Shown piece after piece: positions 18,399 through 27,502 of a DNA stretch of 64,000 nucleotides. The stretch comes from Oliverocinquevirus OLIVR5 (taxonomy: Duplodnaviria > Heunggongvirae > Uroviricota > Caudoviricetes). Within the stretch, counting starts at the first letter, position 1, and each line of letters begins with the position of its first letter. Both the position numbers and the translations under genes were made by a program. The stretch spans positions 87,074-151,073 of IMG/VR virus record IMGVR_UViG_2974725113_000001; one strand, written 5' to 3'. Below the pieces are notes generated by a model. The model did no database searches and was not told the DNA's origin. It saw nothing but the letters and a program-made list of their open reading frames with translations.

Positions 18399-19141
18399 AC
18401 CTTTCTCCACCCTTTGAATTCGTCTCTTTTACCTTTAATTACGGCTGTTGCTCCAGCATATCCTAGACCGTATTTCTGACAAAATTCCCAATATCCTTCG
18501 ACTTCAACAATCTCTCCGGAAGGAGACATGATGAGTCCTTTCTTCCTGATAGCTTTCGACATTTTATCTCTAATTTCTGGATCATTCCATTGAGACTTAG
18601 CGTTGTCTTTTTGTCCCTTCGATCTTTCAGGATTGGCGTCGTAATTCGCTTTCTGTGATTTCGCTAGCTTTCTTTTCCTCTCAGGATTCGTAGCATAATC
18701 TTTCAAAGCCGCATCGCTAATATGCCTCGTCGTTCTTTCTCGATACCCGAGGTCTTCCCAATTTTTGATACTTCCTTCGCTTATTTTCCTTCTTGCAGAA
18801 GCTGAGTGTTTCCCTCCGGCGAAATTGAATTTTTCACCGTTGATTGTCATATTAATAAAGAGAGGAGATTTATGAGCGTCAAAGTGTTCTAGCATCGATT
18901 TCTCGTACGCGTAAGCGTCGTCTTCGATCTCGAAAGTCTTATGAATTTTGATCTTGAACAAATGAGGATTATTTCTCTTCTCCTCATTCCAAATTCTTTT
19001 ATACCTTCCAGAGCCTACAGACCCGCGATAACCTTTCTCGATTTTAGAGATGGTTCCTTTTCCGATATAAAATGGTGGGAGTTTGTCGCCGGTATAGATG
19101 GTAATATAAACACAATACGGTTTATTACATTTGCTGGACAT
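18386..19141 (-). CDS. GIY-YIG homing endonuclease (Seg-like) with NUMOD3-type repeats
   Basis: N-terminal YCVYITIYTG...FYIGKG (GIY-YIG); C-terminal repeated basic helix motifs (ARRKISEG, RKRKLAKSQKA, RSKGQKDNAK); paralogous to 40113..40811 and 41556..42161 (shared HFDAHKSxLFINM). Confidence 0.65.
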   Translation of the reverse strand: MSSKCNKPYCVYITIYTGDKLPPFYIGKGTISKIEKGYRGSVGSGRYKRIWNEEKRNNPHLFKIKIHKTFEIEDDAYAYEKSMLEHFDAHKSPLFINMTINGEKFNFAGGKHSASARRKISEGSIKNWEDLGYRERTTRHISDAALKDYATNPERKRKLAKSQKANYDANPERSKGQKDNAKSQWNDPEIRDKMSKAIRKKGLIMSPSGEIVEVEGYWEFCQKYGLGYAGATAVIKGKRDEFKGWRKVEQE

Positions 19142-19272
19142 CGTTAGGTTCCTTCCTAGTCTAGAGACCTCGGATATTGGCGTATCGCGGAGGTCACTTG
19201 ATATTTTAACTTTTCGATGTTTACGTCTTCATTCATTTGATGTATGTTTCAACTTTACTGAAAGGAAGTCTC

Positions 19273-19521
19273 TTGAAAATCGATATCTACACTATCGCAG
19301 ATTGTGTATTCTGCGCCAAGGCGAAAGCCGCTCTCGAATGCCGTCGACGTGAATTCACCGTGAAAGATGTCACGGAAAACAAGAAGGAATTCATGGACGA
19401 ACTCCAAGCGAGGTTCGGTTTTCCTGATTCCGAAAGGACATTCCCTAAACTCTTCATCGATGGCGAACTTGTCATGGGTTACACAGCGCTCAAAAAGAAA
19501 ATTCTCATTGGAGCCGTGTGA
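19273..19521 (+). CDS. glutaredoxin (NrdH/T4 NrdC-like)
   Basis: KIDIYTIADCVFCAKAKAAL (CxxC), TFPKLFIDGELV; probable TTG start with RBS AAAGGAAG 5 nt upstream; the track ORF begins at 19237. Confidence 0.65.
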   Translation: MKIDIYTIADCVFCAKAKAALECRRREFTVKDVTENKKEFMDELQARFGFPDSERTFPKLFIDGELVMGYTALKKKILIGAV

Positions 19522-19781
19522 TGTATGATTTGATGTTTCACAGGATAGGACTGAAGAACGAAGACAAACTCACTATTGATCTTCGCATCGACTCTATTCT
19601 AGAAGCACACGGTTTCGAATTTGTCGGAGCTGGTGGCTTCGCGGGTGAACACGGGCGAGATTATCATTATGAGAGGTCAGACTCCGTGGTCGATGTCTCT
19701 GGACTCCTCGAAGAATTGCAGAACGCAATCGGTGGAGAATACGAGAATTTCGAACTCGAACCTTCTACATGGCGAGATTAA
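19518..19781 (+). CDS. hypothetical protein
   Basis: 87-aa ORF with GTG/ATG start overlapping the glutaredoxin stop. Confidence 0.4.
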   Translation: MMYDLMFHRIGLKNEDKLTIDLRIDSILEAHGFEFVGAGGFAGEHGRDYHYERSDSVVDVSGLLEELQNAIGGEYENFELEPSTWRD

Positions 19782-19789
19782 CATTTGAA

Positions 19790-19855
19790 TGGGTCAGAAG
19801 AAAAATTCTTCTAGCCCATTTTTGTATTTACAAGACTTAAAGCTTGATGTATGAA
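19790..19855 (+). promoter_or_regulatory. hairpin plus early promoter (PeSL-like variant)
   Basis: Imperfect stem AATGGGTCAGAAG...CTTCTAGCCCATT, T-run, then TTTACA-N17-TATGAA with spacer AGACTTAAAGCTTG. Confidence 0.4.
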
Positions 19856-19886
19856 TAATCCATCAACGAAAAATGGAGTTTTCGAA

Positions 19887-20144
19887 ATGTCTTCTCGTCA
19901 TTCGGTTTATATTCCTCACAAAATGAAGTTTGGTTCTTTTTCAGGTACACTCCGTGATCCGAAAGAGAATTTCTCAAAATGGGCATATTGGAATTTCGTC
20001 AAGTCAGGATGGGTATCTTCTCCTATTACGACAGGAGAATTAATCGAATGGAAATCGGAATTAGAGAAAATGAATTCGCCTGATTTTCTCTACAAAAAGG
20101 AGCTCGATAGAGCTTTAGAATGGTTTAAAAAGAAAGGATATTGA
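19887..20144 (+). CDS. hypothetical protein
   Basis: Second in-frame ATG with GGAG RBS; the track start at 19851 overlaps the putative -10. Confidence 0.35.
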   Translation: MSSRHSVYIPHKMKFGSFSGTLRDPKENFSKWAYWNFVKSGWVSSPITTGELIEWKSELEKMNSPDFLYKKELDRALEWFKKKGY

Positions 20145-20145
20145 A

Positions 20146-20337
20146 ATGACCGAGAAAGAAATCCTCAACCTCGAAGTTCGTGGTCACAAAGTCTCCGCAA
20201 TCATCGATGCTCTTTGCACCATTCTCGACGGTGAAACTGCTCACGATATCCACAACATGACAGGTCTCGATCGTGAACACGTCGAAGAAATCGTCGACAT
20301 GAAATCTGCTCTTTCACCTGTATGGATGGAGATATAA
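20146..20337 (+). CDS. hypothetical small protein
   Basis: 63-aa ORF with RBS AAAGGA. Confidence 0.4.
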   Translation: MTEKEILNLEVRGHKVSAIIDALCTILDGETAHDIHNMTGLDREHVEEIVDMKSALSPVWMEI

Positions 20338-20340
20338 TCC

Positions 20341-20562
20341 ATGGACGACCTTATAGAAGCTCTCACCATCTTCAAGAAGTATGTTGATAAAGGCTCCTAC
20401 GCCTACAACAATCCGTTTCATTGCGAACCTGATGTTCTCTCTATCAATGGACTTCAACTCGATCTCATGGCCGAAGAAGATGTGTCTCGTTTGAATGAAC
20501 TCGGTTTCTTCTACGACCATCATTCTGACTCCTTCCAATCCTATCGCTTCGGCTCCTGCTAA
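20341..20562 (+). CDS. hypothetical small protein
   Basis: 73-aa acidic ORF. Confidence 0.4.
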   Translation: MDDLIEALTIFKKYVDKGSYAYNNPFHCEPDVLSINGLQLDLMAEEDVSRLNELGFFYDHHSDSFQSYRFGSC

Positions 20563-20572
20563 GGAATTCCAA

Positions 20573-20875
20573 ATGATCACGAAACATCAGGTAGTTCTCT
20601 TCGACATTGATCCTCGTGGACTCAAGGTCACCGTCGAATGCACAACACGCCATAAAGGTATCAAGTTCCCTGGCTCCTCGATCAAATCTCTGATCGTCTC
20701 CGGATGGAACAAGGAAGTTTCTAATTCTCTCATTGGAGCTCTTCGGAAAGACATGGAAGGTTGCGATCAGCTCGCCATCGAAATGCACGACATCCACAAG
20801 CGTGAATTTCCCGAATATGACCAACTCGATTTCGATCACATCTTCTTCAAGATCGGCGAACGGATTGCGGCATGA
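20573..20875 (+). CDS. hypothetical protein
   Basis: In-frame ATG with RBS AAGGAA inside track ORF 20495..20875. Confidence 0.4.
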   Translation: MITKHQVVLFDIDPRGLKVTVECTTRHKGIKFPGSSIKSLIVSGWNKEVSNSLIGALRKDMEGCDQLAIEMHDIHKREFPEYDQLDFDHIFFKIGERIAA

Positions 20876-21108
20876 CCAGACTCGTACGCTTCGCTACTCC
20901 ACTCACTAAGGACACAGCCGATTTCTGTGAGCGAATGACAGAGTTCATGATCGGCTACAATCCGAAGCTTTCTGTTTACGACAAAGGACTCAACGGAAGT
21001 CATATCGAAATCATTTTCGAAGGTCCTCTCACCGATTGTGATATCAAGTATCTTCCGCTGTGTCTTGAATATATGGCGCCGGTGAAAGTGAGATTGCTCG
21101 AGGAGTAA
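20872..21108 (+). CDS. hypothetical small protein
   Basis: 78-aa ORF with ATGA overlap. Confidence 0.4.
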   Translation: MTRLVRFATPLTKDTADFCERMTEFMIGYNPKLSVYDKGLNGSHIEIIFEGPLTDCDIKYLPLCLEYMAPVKVRLLEE

Positions 21109-21140
21109 AATAACTCGTCCATCATTTCTTTTCCTTTCAA

Positions 21141-21170
21141 GGAGGAGAGAAGCTTCGGTTTCTCTCCTCT
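21141..21170 (+). terminator. long C(UUCG)G tetraloop hairpin
   Basis: GGAGGAGAGAAG-C-TTCG-G-TTTCTCTCCTC, about 13 bp including wobble pairs; followed by GAGGGGAT and a late-type motif. Confidence 0.5.
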
Positions 21171-21183
21171 GAGGGGATCGACT

Positions 21184-21191
21184 TAAAATAA
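21184..21191 (+). promoter_or_regulatory. late-promoter-like motif TAAAATAA, 6 nt upstream of an ATG (leaderless candidate)
   Basis: TTAAAATAAATCACTATG; no Shine-Dalgarno before the ATG at 21198; the same arrangement recurs at 37481. Confidence 0.4.
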
Positions 21192-21197
21192 ATCACT

Positions 21198-21659
21198 ATG
21201 GCACATACGAAGACTCTTAAGTCCAAATTCGAACCGAAGAATCTGACGAAATACATGGGAGATTCTACCAACATCATCACTCGATCGAGTTGGGAATACT
21301 TCTTCGCGTCCTGGTGTGATAATTCCCCTATCGTCGAACGATGGGCTTCTGAAGAAGTCGTCGTCCAATACATATCACCAAAGGACGGAAGAGAACACCG
21401 ATATTTCATCGATTTCTTTGTCATCTTCAAGGACGGAAAGAAAGTCCTTTTCGAAATCAAGCCTCACGCTCAAACGCTTCCTCCTGTCTGGAACGGAAAG
21501 AAGACTCGTAAAGCCGAGACTCGATATATGGAAGATATGGTCACGTATCAGATCAACCAAGCGAAGTGGGCATATGCTCGAAGATTCGCCGAAAGGAATG
21601 GACTCCATTTTGAAGTCTTCACAGAACACCATCTCCGGAAACTCGGTATGCCGATTTGA
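21198..21659 (+). CDS. hypothetical protein with a possible PD-(D/E)XK nuclease-like motif
   Basis: 153 aa; YFIDFFV...LFEIKP resembles a D...(E)xK catalytic core. Confidence 0.3.
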   Translation: MAHTKTLKSKFEPKNLTKYMGDSTNIITRSSWEYFFASWCDNSPIVERWASEEVVVQYISPKDGREHRYFIDFFVIFKDGKKVLFEIKPHAQTLPPVWNGKKTRKAETRYMEDMVTYQINQAKWAYARRFAERNGLHFEVFTEHHLRKLGMPI

Positions 21660-21667
21660 CGCGTGGA

Positions 21668-21675
21668 TAAAATAA
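21668..21675 (+). promoter_or_regulatory. late-promoter-like motif TAAAATAA upstream of the sheath gene
   Basis: GATAAAATAAATCGACT, about 46 nt before the ATG at 21722, with RBS AAAGGAAA in between. Confidence 0.4.
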
Positions 21676-21721
21676 ATCGACTACCGATCATCTCCTCAAA
21701 ACAACATGAAAGGAAATTAAA

Positions 21722-24241
21722 ATGACTCTCGGTCTTTCCCCGGGTGTTTACCCGTCTGAACACGCAGTTGATACGATGGTTCCTGCAGCTCAGACTCGAG
21801 CAGGCGCTACTGTCGGCTGGTACAACTGGGGTCCTGTTCTTGAGCCGGTTCTTCTCGACGGTGAGAAAAGCCAGGTTGCAAACTTCGGTCTTCCCTCTGA
21901 CAAGAACTTTAAGGATTGGTTCGTAGCGAACGAATTCCTTTCCGAATCCGGTTCTCTCCGAGCTACCCGTATCGTTGGTGCTGGTGCACAAAACGCTATC
22001 GTCGGTGGTGCAGGCTCCGGACTCACTCTGGACGTCAATTCTATCAATGGTGAAGTAGTATCGATCGCCATCGCCGCAAAAGGCCAACTGTATAATGCTG
22101 GCGACATCGTAGAGATTTCTTCGGGATTGTCCGATGGTATCGCTTCTGAAGTCCGTGTTAACAGCGTGGATGAAGCAGGCGGTGCAGTCGATGTTTCATT
22201 GCTCTCTACCGGTACCGGCATCCCTACTGCTTCTGCGGTAGCAACCGTTTCTCGCACGAAATTCTTCGTGGGTACAGACTATCAGTTCGAAGAAGGCGAC
22301 GTTGAACTTCCGCCGATCCTGGCTCGCTATCCTGGCGATCTCGGTAACAACCTTGGAGTTTCAATTGTCCGAGCAGCTGAATATTACGGATCGTTCTTCG
22401 AAGACCGTTTTCCGGTCGCTCCTGCAGCGACTGTCGTCTACCTCGAAGACCCTACTGTCGTCGCCAATGGTTCTCTTACTTATACTGTATCTCCGACTGT
22501 CCTGGCTGCACCGGACCTTACAGTCACGTATGAGAATGCCACGATTGAAGAGGGTTCCCTCCCCGGACAATGGAGCGTTACTCGCGATTCTTCTGGCGAC
22601 ATCACTACTAACGAACTCGTTTACCTCACAGATGCTAATATCGTTGCTGCATCTGGTAAAAACTACCAGTTCACAATCACCAATGACTATAAGCTCGATC
22701 TTTTCTCAGCGGTGGTAAAACTCGGTACGAAGGAATATGCTCCTCGGTTCGACGGTATCGGTAATGTTCCGAAGGGCTTCTTCGACATCGACCCTGATAC
22801 TCTTCAGCTGACGATCGGCACGGAATTCTTCGCGGTTTCCGGCGACGGTCATACGGTTGAGTACGAAATCCTGACGACGAATCTTCCTCGTCCTGAGTCG
22901 ACGATCGTTGACGTTGACGGTGTAAGCTTCACGGTTGTAACGACCGAGCCAAACTCCGGCGAAGTCAAGATCGAAGTTCTCTCGACTGGTTTCAAGATCA
23001 AGTTCGAAGCTTCAGAAGCTCCGGCTATCGGTCTTCGTAATATCCAGGTTCGTTGGGACCTTCCGGTTGGCAACATCGATGTAATCCTCGGTCGTCCTCG
23101 CCGTGCAGACTCTCTGAAGCTGTTCGCGAACATGACCGAGTGCCATGCGATCGTTTTCGATTCGACTGGCAAGCTTTCGAATGAGAAGGATTCGGTTCTC
23201 GAGCCTTTCCAGTTCCTCTCGCTTGTTCCAGGGACCTTGAACGAAGATGGCACGTCGGCATACTTCGAGGACGCGATCAACGCTCGTTCGAGCTATATCC
23301 GAGTCACTCCTTCTCTGAAGCATTTCGGTGAATGGAAACTTGGTCGTGGTTCTGATGGTGCTGAACCGACCGATGCCGATTACCTGGCCGGCTACGAACT
23401 GTACCGTTCAAAGGAAGACTACGAAGCTACCTACGTCATCGACGTTGTGAAGTCTCGTACCGTCTCTATCCGTGTCATCGATCTGATCGAGAAGCGTGCC
23501 GACGGTGTTGCCTTCACGGGTGCTCCTCTGAACCTCACGTTCGAGAATCGTCCGAACAAGGCAAAGGATGTCATCGAGTACAAGCGCTCGCTGATGCCTT
23601 CGAGCTATGGTCACTTCAACCCGACCTGGATTCGCGTGTTCGACCGGTTCAACAACAAGTACCGTTGGATTCCATCTTCTGGTACTGATGCTGGTATGTA
23701 CGCCCGTACGCATAACTCGATCAATATGTGGACTGTTCCTGCAGGCTACAACCGTGGTCATTATCGTCGTTCGGAACGCGTTTCGTATCTCCCGAACGAG
23801 ACCGAACGCGATCAGCTGCATCAGAACGGTATCAACACCGTGGTTCGTGAAAAGGGTTCCGGCTTCGTCCTTCTGTCTTGGGTAACCATGCAGGAGAAGA
23901 AAGGTCTGTTCCAGGATATGAACGTTCGTTACCTCTCCATTTACTGCAAGATCAACATTGCTGAGATGCTGAAGTACATCATCGCCGAGATCAACGACGA
24001 AATCACTCGTTCGCAGGTCCGCAATGCGATCAACCCTTTCCTGGCACGTGTCAAGGCTGGACGTGGCGTTTACGATTATCGCACGCGTTGCGATGACAAG
24101 AACAACACTCCCGAAGTCGTCGATCAGAAAATCCTGAAGGTTGATGTTTACATGAAGCCTTCTCGCTTGATCGAAGGCATCGACCTTCGCCTGATCTACA
24201 CGAAGTCTGGCATCAGCTTCGAAGAAATCGTGATGGCCTAA
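21722..24241 (+). CDS. 18: tail sheath protein (T4 gp18 position)
   Basis: 839-aa ORF immediately upstream of the tube, portal, protease, scaffold and capsid genes in T4 order; preceded by a late-type motif. Confidence 0.5.
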   Translation: MTLGLSPGVYPSEHAVDTMVPAAQTRAGATVGWYNWGPVLEPVLLDGEKSQVANFGLPSDKNFKDWFVANEFLSESGSLRATRIVGAGAQNAIVGGAGSGLTLDVNSINGEVVSIAIAAKGQLYNAGDIVEISSGLSDGIASEVRVNSVDEAGGAVDVSLLSTGTGIPTASAVATVSRTKFFVGTDYQFEEGDVELPPILARYPGDLGNNLGVSIVRAAEYYGSFFEDRFPVAPAATVVYLEDPTVVANGSLTYTVSPTVLAAPDLTVTYENATIEEGSLPGQWSVTRDSSGDITTNELVYLTDANIVAASGKNYQFTITNDYKLDLFSAVVKLGTKEYAPRFDGIGNVPKGFFDIDPDTLQLTIGTEFFAVSGDGHTVEYEILTTNLPRPESTIVDVDGVSFTVVTTEPNSGEVKIEVLSTGFKIKFEASEAPAIGLRNIQVRWDLPVGNIDVILGRPRRADSLKLFANMTECHAIVFDSTGKLSNEKDSVLEPFQFLSLVPGTLNEDGTSAYFEDAINARSSYIRVTPSLKHFGEWKLGRGSDGAEPTDADYLAGYELYRSKEDYEATYVIDVVKSRTVSIRVIDLIEKRADGVAFTGAPLNLTFENRPNKAKDVIEYKRSLMPSSYGHFNPTWIRVFDRFNNKYRWIPSSGTDAGMYARTHNSINMWTVPAGYNRGHYRRSERVSYLPNETERDQLHQNGINTVVREKGSGFVLLSWVTMQEKKGLFQDMNVRYLSIYCKINIAEMLKYIIAEINDEITRSQVRNAINPFLARVKAGRGVYDYRTRCDDKNNTPEVVDQKILKVDVYMKPSRLIEGIDLRLIYTKSGISFEEIVMA

Positions 24242-24249
24242 CCTGCCAA

Positions 24250-24279
24250 GGGCTAGTGATCAAAATAGTTCACTAGCCC
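24250..24279 (+). terminator. hairpin GGGCTAGTGA-tcaaaatagt-TCACTAGCCC
   Basis: 10-bp perfect stem after the sheath gene; the loop carries CAAAATAGTTCACTAG, related to the late motif. Confidence 0.45.
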
Positions 24280-24313
24280 ATTCACTCTAACCGCCTAAGA
24301 AAGGACATTCTCT

Positions 24314-24937
24314 ATGGCAGAAACTCGTTTCACCGGCTTCGATATGGCAGGTTTCCAGTCCCAGCTTGGGAACGTGACTCAGCTCAACCAGTTCGCAGCC
24401 AACATCACTCTTCCTCCGTTCCTGGCATCTCTGTTCTCGGAGACCGACCAGTTCAACCGTAAAGTTGCTTTCTCGATCCGTGCGGCAAACCTTCCGCCTT
24501 CTCAGATCGGCGAAATTCCGGTTCCGTTCCGTGGCGGCCAGCGCTTCCGAATTCCTGGCGACCGTGACTATTCTGGCAACTGGGAAGTCACTCTCCGATA
24601 CGACATCAAGAACATCATCGGCAACGTAATGACTAAGTGGTCGGACTCGATGGTCGGTTGGGTCAATGCCGACTCTGTCGGTTCTGACGAAAACGTTCTC
24701 GATTACATGGGAGTTGGTGAAGTTCATCAGCTTTCCCGTAATGGTCGTATCATCACGTCTTGGAGTGTTGCTAACATCTGGCCTACGACTGTTGGTCAGC
24801 CTCAGTACGACTGGACCGCGGACAACGCTATTGTTGAAATCCCTGTCACGTTCGTAATGCAGCACATGGAAACTCCTGTGACCCGAAACAACTTGATCAT
24901 GGAAGAACAGCTTCTCTCCGGCGAACTGTTCCTCTAA
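24314..24937 (+). CDS. 19: tail tube protein (T4 gp19-like)
   Basis: C-terminal ANIWPTTVGQPQYDWTADNAIVEIPVTFV matches T4 gp19 GLWPTNVGELQLDWDSNNEIQTFEVTLAL; position directly after the sheath gene. Confidence 0.6.
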   Translation: MAETRFTGFDMAGFQSQLGNVTQLNQFAANITLPPFLASLFSETDQFNRKVAFSIRAANLPPSQIGEIPVPFRGGQRFRIPGDRDYSGNWEVTLRYDIKNIIGNVMTKWSDSMVGWVNADSVGSDENVLDYMGVGEVHQLSRNGRIITSWSVANIWPTTVGQPQYDWTADNAIVEIPVTFVMQHMETPVTRNNLIMEEQLLSGELFL

Positions 24938-24980
24938 GTTTCGAGCTATAGTGGTGTTGAGAGTAAATTTCTCTTTGAAA

Positions 24981-24988
24981 TAAAATAA
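24981..24988 (+). promoter_or_regulatory. late-promoter-like motif TAAAATAA upstream of the portal gene
   Basis: ATAAAATAACTCAACACC, about 33 nt before the ATG at 25022, with RBS GGAAGGAAA. Confidence 0.4.
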
Positions 24989-25021
24989 CTCAACACCATT
25001 AGCCGCTTGGAAGGAAATTAC

Positions 25022-26656
25022 ATGGAATTTTTCGGTTTTGAAATTAAACGCCGAGCCGACAAGATTAATGACATTCCTCTTCTCGACATAGAGCAGAATG
25101 GTTCATACGTCTCGACGAACGCCGCGGCCACGTCTTACGACTTCGACTTTATTTCCTCAACTGAAGTCGACCTTATCAACTCCTACCGTCGAATCGCACA
25201 TATCCCTGAAGTAGCTTCAGCCATTGACAAGATCATCAACGAAATGGTAATCTTGGACGATGAGAGGGATGTCGTCAAACTCGAGACCTCGAAACTCGTA
25301 GATCAAAAGGTCATCTCTGAAGAGTTGGCCGATACGATCAACGATGAGTTCGTCCAAGTCTGCCGTCTCCTCGACTTCAATAATACGGCTCATACGAAGG
25401 TCCGCGATTGGTACATCGACTCCAGGATCGTTTTCCAGAAGGTCATCAATCCTAGCAAGCCTAGCGATGGCGTCCAGAGAATGGTTCAGCTCGATCCTCG
25501 TAAGATCAAGCGGATCGAGATTGTCGACGATTTGGAAAATGGTCTTCTGAAGATCAAAGATACGTTCTTCGTCTACATGACGTCGCTGTTCAATTCGGAC
25601 ATGAACAACTTCAATACGCAGAACATTCAGATGTCGCTCAATGACTATGAACAGTTCAGACGTAACGTTTCATTCCGAGTTCATCCAGACACAATCACGT
25701 ACGTCGATTCGGGGCTGGTGGATCGCACCTCTGGTATCTCTTATGGAAACATGCACAGGGCTGTCAAGATCGCTAACCAGCTTGATCTGGTGGAAACTGC
25801 GCTGCTGATTTATCGTCTCTCGCGCTCTTCTGAACGCCGTGCGATCTACGTTGACTCTGGTAACTTGCCGCCTATCAAGGCTCGTGAACTTCTCGAAGCC
25901 ACGAAGGCAGACTTCCGTAACAAAGTCTACTATGACTCTGTCCGTGGTACCGTCGAAGACAAGGCTCGTATCATGTCGATGCAGGAAGATTACTTCATGC
26001 TTCGTCGTAACGGCAAGAGCGCCACTCAAATCGAGACGCTTCAAGCTGGGGAGAACCTTGGTCAGATCGAAGATGTTATTTACTTCCGTGAGAAACTCTT
26101 CACTGCGCTCTCCGTGCCACTCTCTCGTTTCCGTGAAGACGGAGGCGGACTCTTCTCGAATAAGTCAGAAATCTCCCGAAGCGAATTGGAATTCTCGGAG
26201 TTCGTCAAACGAAACCGTCTTCAATTCTCTCACGTCTTCCTCGACGTGCTTCGAACGAACCTCATCCTGAAACGGATCATTAAGCCTGACGACTGGCCTA
26301 GGATCAAGGATGGACTGAGGATCATCTTCAACCGCGATAACTACTTCGCTGAGTTGAAGGAAATCGAAATGCTTGAACGCCGACATGCAGCCCTTGATAC
26401 TGTTAAGGAATACATCGGTGTCTATTACTCGAACAAACACGTTCGGAACACCATCCTCCAGCAAACGCAGGAACAGATGGAAGAAATGGACAAGCAGATC
26501 AAGGAAGAAGGCAGCGAATACCTCGATCGGAACCAACCGTTCCCGAACGAAGATACCGCGAAAGCCCAGGAGATTATTGACGGTGAAGACGAGCCTATCG
26601 TCACACCTTATAAGAGGAATCCTCCCAAAATCGAAACAGGAAAGGATGAGGAATGA
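25022..26656 (+). CDS. 20: portal vertex protein (T4 gp20 position)
   Basis: 544 aa from the in-frame ATG with strong RBS (track start 25007 is TTG); follows the tube gene and precedes the protease and scaffold genes as in T4. Confidence 0.5.
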   Translation: MEFFGFEIKRRADKINDIPLLDIEQNGSYVSTNAAATSYDFDFISSTEVDLINSYRRIAHIPEVASAIDKIINEMVILDDERDVVKLETSKLVDQKVISEELADTINDEFVQVCRLLDFNNTAHTKVRDWYIDSRIVFQKVINPSKPSDGVQRMVQLDPRKIKRIEIVDDLENGLLKIKDTFFVYMTSLFNSDMNNFNTQNIQMSLNDYEQFRRNVSFRVHPDTITYVDSGLVDRTSGISYGNMHRAVKIANQLDLVETALLIYRLSRSSERRAIYVDSGNLPPIKARELLEATKADFRNKVYYDSVRGTVEDKARIMSMQEDYFMLRRNGKSATQIETLQAGENLGQIEDVIYFREKLFTALSVPLSRFREDGGGLFSNKSEISRSELEFSEFVKRNRLQFSHVFLDVLRTNLILKRIIKPDDWPRIKDGLRIIFNRDNYFAELKEIEMLERRHAALDTVKEYIGVYYSNKHVRNTILQQTQEQMEEMDKQIKEEGSEYLDRNQPFPNEDTAKAQEIIDGEDEPIVTPYKRNPPKIETGKDEE

Positions 26657-26844
26657 TTTCCCATAAACTAACCGAGATTGGAGCGATTTGTTTTCTTGGC
26701 GCAGGTTATTGCGCCAGGGAATACGAGTTGATTTCTCCGATGACATTTAAATACGTGACTGCCAGCGTTTCCGTCGTAGCAATCGTCCTTCTTTGGTCAT
26801 TGTTCTTCGAACCAGGCACTAAAGAAAAAGGAGCTATTCAATGA
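26653..26844 (+). CDS. small hydrophobic protein (prohead-core gp67/gp68 position)
   Basis: 63 aa with two hydrophobic segments; ATGA overlap on both sides. Confidence 0.3.
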   Translation: MISHKLTEIGAICFLGAGYCAREYELISPMTFKYVTASVSVVAIVLLWSLFFEPGTKEKGAIQ

Positions 26845-27500
26845 CCAAAATTCGTGCACGGCTCTTCTCCGAATCTACCGGCTCTTCGCAGCTCGAGTAT
26901 ACCGCGGAGTCTATCGACGGCAAGAAGAAGTATGTCATTGAAGGCATCTTCGCTCAAGCCGAAAAGCCGAACCGGAACAAGCGTCGTTATCCTCGCGAAG
27001 TTCTTTTCGAGACGGTCGAAAACTACATCGATCAGAAAGTCTCTAAGAAATTGGCATATGGCGAACTCGACCATCCGCCTGAACGTGTCCAAGTAAAAAT
27101 GTCTGATATGTCGCACCTCATTACTGAACTTTGGTTTGAAGGCGACAACGTCATGGGTAAAGCGACGATTGCCGATACTCCGAAAGGTCGTATCGCAATG
27201 GCTGCTATGGACATCGGCGGTCAAATTTCCGTTTCCACTCGTGGTCTCGGTCAGTCTAAACCTGAACGTTCCACAGGTCTGGAAGTAATGGAAATGTTTC
27301 ATATGACGGCGATCGACATCGTCTCTTTCCCGTCCGGCATTGACTGCTTCCCTCGCGGGTTCAATGAGTCTTTGGAATTCCTCGTTGAGGAAGGTCATAT
27401 GACAAAAGTTGAAGCTCATAAAATAATTCGAGAAACAGATACGAGAGTTTCAGCTGCTGAATTCTCGAAAGCTCTGAAGCACATCATGAAAGGACTCTGA
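26841..27500 (+). CDS. 21: prohead core protease (T4 gp21-like)
   Basis: 219 aa; motif PNRNKRRYPREVL resembles the gp21-family NGRxYP; immediately upstream of the scaffold gene. Confidence 0.45.
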   Translation: MTKIRARLFSESTGSSQLEYTAESIDGKKKYVIEGIFAQAEKPNRNKRRYPREVLFETVENYIDQKVSKKLAYGELDHPPERVQVKMSDMSHLITELWFEGDNVMGKATIADTPKGRIAMAAMDIGGQISVSTRGLGQSKPERSTGLEVMEMFHMTAIDIVSFPSGIDCFPRGFNESLEFLVEEGHMTKVEAHKIIRETDTRVSAAEFSKALKHIMKGL

Positions 27501-27502
27501 AG

